Shown here: in pieces, positions 25,870 through 32,000 of the stretch
Layout of the letters: the number at the start of each line of letters is the position of its first letter
Numbering within the stretch: the first letter of the stretch is position 1
Assembly (NCBI GenBank): GCA_041677685.1
Contig: JBAYPN010000007.1
Coordinates: forward strand, 1-32,000
Length of the DNA stretch: 32,000 nucleotides
Reading direction: 5' to 3'
From: an archaeon
Lineage (GTDB): Archaea > Iainarchaeota > Iainarchaeia > Iainarchaeales > CSSED10-239
Made by a program: the position numbers and the translations under genes
The notes under the pieces: generated by a model
What the model saw: the letters and a program-made list of their open reading frames with translations, nothing else
Databases searched by the model: none
Told to the model about the DNA's origin: nothing

Positions 25870-26141
25870 ATTTTTTCTCTCTAATTAAAATTATAAAAGC
25901 AATATAATTATAAGTAACACAAAGATATTTAAAGATATTTAAAAAAAAATATTTAAAATTATTTAATTTTTTAATATTAAAAATTAGAATTTAGGATCTA
26001 TATATAAATGAGTCTTAGATAATTTCCAAAAAAAGTAATGTTAATTAAGCCATGATAACTTACTTTTCGATTTAATCTTATTTTCTTAAGAGAAATACAA
26101 ATTAAAAAAGGTTTTAAAATATTTGGTAACAAAGAATATTT

Positions 26142-26651
26142 ATGAAAAACAAATTTGTAGGAATTTTAATAATAATTATAGCATTACTTATCGGTGGGAT
26201 TACTTTTTTGTTTAATAGTGCAATGACAGACATCGTTAATGATTCTTGTTCTCATGGTCCTGAGTGCACAATGTGGGACACAATCAACTTCCAAACAAGT
26301 ATAAGTATAGGTGTTATGATTGGAGTAATAGTTCTTGGAATTTATCTAATATTGTTTGGAAGAAATGAAAAAATAATAACTAAAGTTAAAATTAAAAAAA
26401 TAAAAGAGAAGCATACAAACAAACAACCAAAAACAAACTATACAAAAGTACTTTCAGAACTTGCAATTGATGAAAAAGAGGTTCTAGAAAAAATAATTGC
26501 AAATAATGGTTCAATTTATCAATCTGATCTGATTTTAAAAACTGGATTTACAAAAGTAAAAATTAGTAGAATTTTAGACAAACTTGAATTTAAAGAATTA
26601 ATTGTAAGAAAAAGAAGAGGAATGACTAACATTATTATCTTGAAAAATTAA
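26142..26651 (+). CDS. Membrane-tethered winged-helix (MarR/TrmB-like) DNA-binding protein; candidate regulator of the adjacent copper genes
   Basis: TM1 (FVGILIIIIALLIGGITFLF), a ~30-aa loop containing C-S-H-G-P-E-C-T-M-W (26247-26276), then TM2 (ISIGVMIGVIVLGIYLILF). A basic linker leads to a C-terminal wHTH-like EKEVLEKIIANNGSIYQSDLILKTGFTKVKISRILDKLEFKELIVRKRRG. The architecture resembles COG2512-type membrane-associated HTH proteins. Confidence 0.6.
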   Translation: MKNKFVGILIIIIALLIGGITFLFNSAMTDIVNDSCSHGPECTMWDTINFQTSISIGVMIGVIVLGIYLILFGRNEKIITKVKIKKIKEKHTNKQPKTNYTKVLSELAIDEKEVLEKIIANNGSIYQSDLILKTGFTKVKISRILDKLEFKELIVRKRRGMTNIIILKN

Positions 26652-26756
26652 CTTTTCTTTTTTTACTTATAACTACTTTTCTTAACTCTTTAATTAAATT
26701 TTATTTCTAATATATTTTTTTAACCTTATTTTTATAATACCTTGATTATAATCCTC

Positions 26757-26798
26757 TTTGAAACTAGTTTCATAAGTATATATATAAGTAGTTTCAAA
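26757..26798. promoter_or_regulatory. Candidate operator overlapping a TATA-like element upstream of copZ
   Basis: Perfect 12-bp palindrome GAAACTAGTTTC at 26760-26771. There is also a 10-bp inverted repeat, TTTGAAACTA (26757-26766) / TAGTTTCAAA (26789-26798), bracketing tatatatataa (about 26778-26787). It lies about 40-80 nt upstream of the copZ ATG (26839), which has an AGGTGAT SD motif. Confidence 0.4.
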
Positions 26799-26838
26799 AT
26801 AAGATAATTACAAATTAATTATAAAAAGGTGATTTAAA

Positions 26839-27042
26839 ATGGATCTAGAATTTAATGTAAAAGGTATGACATGTAAAAGTTGTGAGTATCTTATTAAGGA
26901 GGGACTTCTTGAAAAAAAAGGAGTTACAGAAGTTAATGTTTCCTCAGCTAATGGAAAGGTAAAAGTAATATTTGATGAAAACAAAATTAGTGATTTAAAA
27001 ATAAAAGAAGTCATTAGAGAAAAAGGGTATAGGGTGAAATAA
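26839..27042 (+). CDS. copZ: Copper chaperone CopZ (single HMA domain)
   Basis: 67 aa with GMTCKSCEYLIKEGL (MxCxxC) and a ferredoxin-like HMA length. Strong AGGTGAT SD motif. Confidence 0.85.
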   Translation: MDLEFNVKGMTCKSCEYLIKEGLLEKKGVTEVNVSSANGKVKVIFDENKISDLKIKEVIREKGYRVK

Positions 27043-27045
27043 ACT

Positions 27046-27726
27046 TTGAGTAAAAATAATAATTTTAAAATTGAAAAAAAAGCAATATTTATTATAATAT
27101 TAACATTTATAATATCTTCAATAATTGAAATTGGAATTCATTTTTTATTTCTAAAAAGTTCAGGAATAATGATTGACTATGCTCTTTGGTTTTTATACCT
27201 AAACATCAGTATTGCTTTTCTTATAGGTTGCACCTGGCATTTTATAACCTATAAAGTCAAAATAAACTGTATGACTGGAATGATGATAGGGATGAGTCTT
27301 GGAATGCAGGCTGGGATGCTAATTGGAGGAATTGTTGGTATCACTAATGGTTTTTTTATAGGAGCAATGGCGGGAACATTGATTGGAGTTGGAATTGGGG
27401 TTTGGTCAGGACTACACTCTAAAACCACCATGGGTGTTTTACAGGGAATGATGTCTGGGATCATGGGTGGAACAATGGGGTCTATGATCACAGTTATGAT
27501 GTTTACTGACCACATAAAAGCATTTATGCCAGTTTACATGCTAATCAATGTTGCAATATTAGTTGGTATGTCGTACATGTTTTATGAGGAAGCAATAAAG
27601 GACAATCATGAAGAATATAAGCTTGTGCATGTAAAAATATCAACAATAATATCAGTAACAGTAATTGTAACATTTTTATTAAATGGAGTTATTTTATTTT
27701 TACCAAAATCAATCTTTTTAGTATAA
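27046..27726 (+). CDS. Met/Gly-rich polytopic membrane protein of unknown family, inside the cop cluster
   Basis: TTG start 3 nt after the copZ stop (GGGTGA lies upstream); an alternative start is M41. The core is CMTGMMIGMSLGMQAGMLIGGIVGITNGFFIGAMAGTLIGVGIGVWSG...GVLQGMMSGIMGGTMGSMITVMMFTDH, i.e. glycine-zipper-like helices studded with Met. Confidence 0.55.
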   Translation: MSKNNNFKIEKKAIFIIILTFIISSIIEIGIHFLFLKSSGIMIDYALWFLYLNISIAFLIGCTWHFITYKVKINCMTGMMIGMSLGMQAGMLIGGIVGITNGFFIGAMAGTLIGVGIGVWSGLHSKTTMGVLQGMMSGIMGGTMGSMITVMMFTDHIKAFMPVYMLINVAILVGMSYMFYEEAIKDNHEEYKLVHVKISTIISVTVIVTFLLNGVILFLPKSIFLV

Positions 27727-27748
27727 GTTTATAGGAGGGAAATAATAT

Positions 27749-28216
27749 ATGGGAAATAAGAAAACAATAGTCTTAGGAATTGTAGCGATTGCAATAATTG
27801 TTGCTTTTGGGATAATATCTGCATCTGCTTTTAATAATCCATCAAAAACAATTATAAATGAAAATAACACATTATCAAATAATAAGATTTTAAATAATGA
27901 CAACACTTCAAACAAAAATAATTTAGATCCAAAACAAGAGACACAAAAACAAGAAACACAAACTGCAACTTTAAGCTTTAAAAATTATGAATATGTTCTT
28001 ACACCAAATACTTTAAAGAAAGGAATACCTGTAAAAATTACAGTTGATACAAAAACTGTTAATGGATGTATGAGAAGTGTAGTGATTAAAGATTTTGGGG
28101 TTAGAAAGTATGTTACACCAACAGACAACATAATAGAATTTACACCAAATAAAGAAGGAAAATTTCTAATTGCTTGTTCAATGAATATGGGGAAAGGTTT
28201 TTTTTCAGTAAATTGA
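27749..28216 (+). CDS. Membrane-anchored cupredoxin-like domain protein (Cupredoxin_1-like)
   Basis: AGGAGGG SD motif and an N-terminal anchor IVLGIVAIAIIVAFGIISASAF. The C-terminal ~85 aa (YEYVLTPNTLKKGIPVKITVDTKTVNGCMRSVVIKDFGV...IEFTPNKEGKFLIACSMNMGKGFFSV) resemble the cupredoxin-like domains often found beside copper P-type ATPases (conserved C...CxMxM-G ending). Confidence 0.65.
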   Translation: MGNKKTIVLGIVAIAIIVAFGIISASAFNNPSKTIINENNTLSNNKILNNDNTSNKNNLDPKQETQKQETQTATLSFKNYEYVLTPNTLKKGIPVKITVDTKTVNGCMRSVVIKDFGVRKYVTPTDNIIEFTPNKEGKFLIACSMNMGKGFFSVN

Positions 28217-28272
28217 ATTAAAAATTGTACTAAGAAAATAAATTGAAAAAAATTAAATAAAAAAGAGAATTT

Positions 28273-30471
28273 ATGAATAAAAAAGAAATTGATTTATCAA
28301 TTAAGGGAATGCATTGTGCTAGCTGTGCTACAATTATAGAAAATGGATTGAATAAAAAGGAAGGTGTTCTTTCATCTAATGTTAATTTAGCAACAGAAAA
28401 AGCTACTGTGGTATATGATGAAAACACAATCTCTACTTTAGATATCATAAAAACAATAGATAGAACAGGATATGGAGCAGAATTGATCACCAAACAACAT
28501 GATCAAAATAAAATTAGAGAAGATAAAAGAAAAGCCTTTAACAAATTAAAAAGATTATTTGTGTTTTCTTTAATATTTGCAATCCCAACTTTAATTATTA
28601 TGTTTCTAGATTGGTTTAATGTACATCTTTTATACACAGATTATATTTTATTCCTACTAGCAACCCCAGTTCAATTTATTTCAGGATGGGGATTTTATAA
28701 AGGTGCTTTAAATGCATTAAAAAACAGAAGTACAAACATGGATACTTTAATCTCAATTGGAACACTTTCTGCATACTTTTTAAGTGTGTACAATGTCTTG
28801 TTTAGTCCAGGAAGTATGCAATATTTTGAAATATCAATAATATTAATTACACTTGTGTTACTTGGAAAGTTACTGGAAGAAATTGCAAAAGGAAAAACAA
28901 GTAATGCAATTAAAAAATTAATTAATCTTTCTCCAAAGACTGCAATTGTAATTAAGGATGGAAAGGAATCTATTATTTCTGTTGATGATTTAAAAGTAGG
29001 AGATGTTTTTTTAGTTAAACCTGGGAGTAAGATTCCTGTTGATGGGATAATTATAGAAGGAATTTCATCTGTTGATGAAAGTATGATTACAGGAGAAAGT
29101 ATACCTCTTGGGAAAAGAAAAGGAGATTTTGTTATTAGTGCAACAATCAATAAACATGGAAGCTTAAAGGTTAAGGCAACAAAGGTTGGAGAAGAAACCA
29201 CCTTAGCACACATAATTAAGCTTGTTGAGGATGCTCAAGGTAAAAAAGCACCAATCCAGAGATTTGCAGATTACATTTCTTCCTACTTTGTTCCAATTGT
29301 TATTGGTGTTGCTTTAATGTCTGGTCTTATTTGGTATTTAATAATAGGTCAAACTTTAAGTTTTTCTATACTTATTTCAGTTGGGATCTTAGTTATTGCT
29401 TGCCCTTGTGCCTTAGGCCTTGCCACACCAACAGCAATAATGGTTGGAACTGGGAAAGGTGCAGAACATGGAATTTTGATTAAGGGGGGAGAAGCTTTAG
29501 AAACTGCTCATAAATTGAAGTATATGGTGTTTGATAAAACTGGAACCTTAACAGTTGGAAAACCAGTTGTTACTGATATCTTAACAGACAAGAAAATATC
29601 AAACAATTTATTTTTAGAAATTGTAGCAAGCATTGAAAAACATTCTGAGCACCCTCTTGCAGAAGCAATTGTTAATTATGGAAAAGATAAAATAAATTTT
29701 AAAAATACAACTAACTTTAAAGCAATTCCTGGTTATGGGGTAAAAGCAAATTTAGATAATAAAACATATTACTTTGGAAATATGAAACTTATGACCCAAC
29801 AAAGTGTCCAAGATAATATGTTTTTAGAAAAAATACAAGAACTTGAAACACAAGGTAAGACTGTGATGATTCTGTGTAATGAACAAAAGATACTTGGAAT
29901 TATAGCAGTAGCAGATATTATTAAGGAGTCCTCCCCAAAGGCAATTGTAGAAATTAAAAAGTTAGGAATAATACCTTACATGATAACAGGAGATAATGAT
30001 AGAACAGCTAAAGCTATTGCTAAACAAGTTGGGATTGAAAATATCTTCTCAGAGGTTCTTCCTGAAGAAAAAGCAAATTATATTAAAAAGCTTCAACAGA
30101 ATGGAACTTATAAAGTTGGGATGGTTGGAGATGGAATAAATGACTCACCAGCTCTTGCCCAGGCAGACATAGGAATAGCAATGGGAAGTGGGACCGATGT
30201 TGCAATGGAAACTGGAAACATTGTTCTTATGAAAAATGATCTGCTAGATGTTGCAAAAGCCATTAAACTATCAAAGCAAACTATGCGAAAAATAAAGCAG
30301 AACATGTTTTGGGCACTTTTCTATAATGTTATTGGAATACCAATTGCAGGAGGTGTTCTTTATATGTCTATAGGTTGGCTTTTATCTCCAATAATTGCTG
30401 GAGGAGCAATGGCTTTAAGTAGTGTGAGTGTTGTAACAAACTCTTTACTTTTAAAGAAGAAGAAATTGTAA
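28273..30471 (+). CDS. copA: Copper-translocating P1B-type ATPase
   Basis: N-terminal HMA motif [10 protein letters not shown]6 motif CPC ([12 protein letters not shown]), phosphorylation site [20 protein letters not shown] and [11 protein letters not shown]. Confidence 0.93.
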   Translation: MNKKEIDLSIKGMHCASCATIIENGLNKKEGVLSSNVNLATEKATVVYDENTISTLDIIKTIDRTGYGAELITKQHDQNKIREDKRKAFNKLKRLFVFSLIFAIPTLIIMFLDWFNVHLLYTDYILFLLATPVQFISGWGFYKGALNALKNRSTNMDTLISIGTLSAYFLSVYNVLFSPGSMQYFEISIILITLVLLGKLLEEIAKGKTSNAIKKLINLSPKTAIVIKDGKESIISVDDLKVGDVFLVKPGSKIPVDGIIIEGISSVDESMITGESIPLGKRKGDFVISATINKHGSLKVKATKVGEETTLAHIIKLVEDAQGKKAPIQRFADYISSYFVPIVIGVALMSGLIWYLIIGQTLSFSILISVGILVIACPCALGLATPTAIMVGTGKGAEHGILIKGGEALETAHKLKYMVFDKTGTLTVGKPVVTDILTDKKISNNLFLEIVASIEKHSEHPLAEAIVNYGKDKINFKNTTNFKAIPGYGVKANLDNKTYYFGNMKLMTQQSVQDNMFLEKIQELETQGKTVMILCNEQKILGIIAVADIIKESSPKAIVEIKKLGIIPYMITGDNDRTAKAIAKQVGIENIFSEVLPEEKANYIKKLQQNGTYKVGMVGDGINDSPALAQADIGIAMGSGTDVAMETGNIVLMKNDLLDVAKAIKLSKQTMRKIKQNMFWALFYNVIGIPIAGGVLYMSIGWLLSPIIAGGAMALSSVSVVTNSLLLKKKKL

Positions 30472-30481
30472 AAATAATTTG

Positions 30482-30507
30482 TTTAAACTAAAAAATATTA
30501 GTTTAAA
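30482..30507. repeat. Inverted repeat just downstream of copA that resembles the copZ-upstream repeat
   Basis: TTTAAACTA (30482-30490), an 8-nt loop, then TAGTTTAAA (30499-30507). The half-site differs by one base from TTGAAACTA at 26758-26766. It could be a weak hairpin or a second binding site. Confidence 0.3.
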
Positions 30508-30639
30508 AAAGCATTGACTCTTGATTTCAAGTAATTATTACTAAATTTAAAAACATATACAGTCATCCATCAAAAATAATTAATACATTTTTAAGTGATG
30601 AGTTTCTATTAGTTTTAAATATATAGTTAAAAATAATTT

Positions 30640-31926
30640 TCATCTATAAATTTTAAATTTTTTATTCTTTTTTAAAAAGGAATTAATATTTGATTCGCAT
30701 TCATCTTTAATTTCTTGAGAAACAATTTCATTACATGCCTCTAAATCGAAATATGATATTGCAACTCTCTTAACACATTCGTCTATATCATCTTGTGTTA
30801 TAAAGAAATCAGAATATTTTTTACAGTCTTCTATTTTTATAATTAAAATAGAATATAAACAACTCCGAACAGAAGTTATATCAGATTCAGTAAAATCAGG
30901 AATATCATACATTAACATGCAAATATTTGCATCATTTTTATTTACAGCAATTGACTTGTAACAATCTATTTTCGTATATTTACTAGATATCCAATCACAC
31001 TCATCAATTGTTTTTGCTAAATTTTTTATACAGTTATCTCTAATAATTATATTACTCTCTCCTACTGAATTAATATCTAAACAATGACTTGTATCTTTGT
31101 CTGTTGTATTTCCATAATTATCTGGATTATTTTTTATACGGCTAGATAATCCATTTATACACTTGTCTTTATTACCACTTAAAGTTAAAGAATAACAATC
31201 ATCAAAATTATTAGAATATTGGATAATACAATTTTCTTTTGCAATTATATCTTCAATCTTTGAACAAATTGATGCATCTTTAATTTTTGTATTTTTTGAA
31301 ATATAAGTTAATACTAAAGAGAAACAATTTTGTTTATCTTCATTTTTTTCAAAGTAGTTACAAAAGTTAAGTTCTTTTTTATTGCTGGCAACAGTTAAAA
31401 TACACTCATTCTTAAAATAATTATCAGTTACTTTTAAACAATAATTTACATCTAATGTACTTTTCCCAAATTCATAAAAACAATAGATGTTATCATTACA
31501 AAGATCACTATCATTATTATCTATTGCAAATTTAGATAGATAAATCCCAAAATATTTGTCACATATGTTTCTACAATACTCATATTCAGAAACACAATAG
31601 TTTTTAGAATATGTTTTTTCTACTTCTTTTATACAAGCGCCTATATCACTATTTTTTGCAGCTTCCTCCATAGCAAGTTCATAATCTGATTGAAATTTAT
31701 CATATTTGATTTTATAATATTTATCAGTTATGGTTGGACCATAAAATAATGCCAAAATCAATAGTGAAACAACAACAATGTAAATAGTTAATATGTTTTT
31801 TTGTTTATTATTGTTTTTGTTCTTTGCTTCGTATTTAATAACTAAAAATATATTACTAACAACTAAGGCAATAACTACTCCAAATAATAAAAATGAAATA
31901 AAAATTCCTGTTGTAATACAACTCAT
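30640..31926 (-). CDS. Membrane-anchored extracellular protein built from about 12 tandem two-cysteine repeats
   Basis: Two N-terminal hydrophobic segments, then about 24 Cys in recurring pairs with the context ...D/N-x-x-x-C-x(7-20)-[KRD]-[DEN]-x-C-[IYFV]... (e.g. KDASICSKIEDIIAKENCIIQY, TIDECDWISSKYTKIDCYKSI, DLEACNEIVSQEIKDECESNI). The track start at 31962 is a TTG, so I prefer the ATG at 31926 (MSCITTG...). Confidence 0.6.
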   Translation of the reverse strand: MSCITTGIFISFLLFGVVIALVVSNIFLVIKYEAKNKNNNKQKNILTIYIVVVSLLILALFYGPTITDKYYKIKYDKFQSDYELAMEEAAKNSDIGACIKEVEKTYSKNYCVSEYEYCRNICDKYFGIYLSKFAIDNNDSDLCNDNIYCFYEFGKSTLDVNYCLKVTDNYFKNECILTVASNKKELNFCNYFEKNEDKQNCFSLVLTYISKNTKIKDASICSKIEDIIAKENCIIQYSNNFDDCYSLTLSGNKDKCINGLSSRIKNNPDNYGNTTDKDTSHCLDINSVGESNIIIRDNCIKNLAKTIDECDWISSKYTKIDCYKSIAVNKNDANICMLMYDIPDFTESDITSVRSCLYSILIIKIEDCKKYSDFFITQDDIDECVKRVAISYFDLEACNEIVSQEIKDECESNINSFLKKNKKFKIYR

Positions 31927-32000
31927 GCCACTACAATTACCAAACAGTAATTTTATTAACAATAAGCCAATTAAAAAAATAAGAATACTACTTATAAATA

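Noticed and set aside
25921-25975. Tandem aaagatattt x2 followed by further atatttaaa-like units in the divergent intergenic region between 25869 and 26142. I considered these as operator repeats.
   Set aside because: They are pure A/T low-complexity sequence that cannot be distinguished from background in this genome, and they have no dyad symmetry.
28695-29213. 172-aa minus-strand ORF inside copA. The same applies to 28230..28493, 30108..30305, 27249..27515, 27718..27915 and 26808..27014.
   Set aside because: All are antisense to genes with strong family signatures (CopA, CopZ, the membrane protein), and none has a motif of its own.
25037-31962. The copper cluster and flanking surface proteins as a genomic island integrated at tRNA-Glu.
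   Set aside because: I saw no integrase, no direct repeat of the tRNA 3' half within the window, and no obvious compositional break. The idea cannot be supported from this window.
1-32000. A scan for CRISPR arrays, rRNA genes, IS elements/transposases, SRP RNA and RNase P RNA.
   Set aside because: There are no regularly spaced direct repeats. The only GC-rich structured islands are the four tRNAs, and no transposase- or integrase-like ORFs were seen. The only mobile element is the intein.

Overview
This is a very AT-rich archaeal chromosomal segment (roughly 70-75% A+T by eye). It is densely packed with mostly short genes, and only the tRNAs stand out as GC-rich islands. Archaeal identity is supported by the conserved S19e-L39e-L31e-aIF6-prefoldin alpha-FtsY operon (2868-7228, minus strand), L44e, RNase P subunit Rpp21, an XPD/Rad3 helicase, and a tRNA-Trp split by a long bulge-helix-bulge intron. 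The composition, Lys/Glu-rich protein tails and many surface or membrane proteins suggest a small-genome, DPANN-like archaeon; that lineage call is inference only. Shine-Dalgarno motifs (GGAGG/GAGGTGA/AGGTGAT) and ATGA stop/start overlaps are common. Other content: a type IV AbiEi/AbiEii toxin-antitoxin pair at the left edge (the toxin is missing from the ORF track), a DUF45 metallopeptidase, a membrane-anchored transglutaminase-like protein, SdpI-like and LemA proteins, PEP synthase, a eukaryote-type (cN-III/UMPH-1) pyrimidine 5'-nucleotidase, an EFR1-type flavodoxin/ferredoxin, an MFS transporter, four tRNAs (Gly-GCC, Val-TAC, Trp-CCA, Glu-CTC), and a copper cluster (membrane-tethered wHTH, CopZ, Met/Gly-rich membrane protein, cupredoxin-like protein, CopA). 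The best candidates for something undescribed are: (i) a translationally coupled polytopic membrane protein plus HerA/FtsK-superfamily ATPase, with no NurA/Mre11/Rad50 partners and a 408-aa LAGLIDADG intein inside the ATPase Walker A loop; (ii) the non-canonical parts of the copper cluster, including a possible membrane-tethered one-component regulator and a palindromic operator; (iii) long Lys/Glu-rich tails on three consecutive ribosomal proteins. I saw no rRNA, CRISPR array, transposase or integrase. Most short ORFs in the track that lie antisense to the large genes are shadow ORFs.
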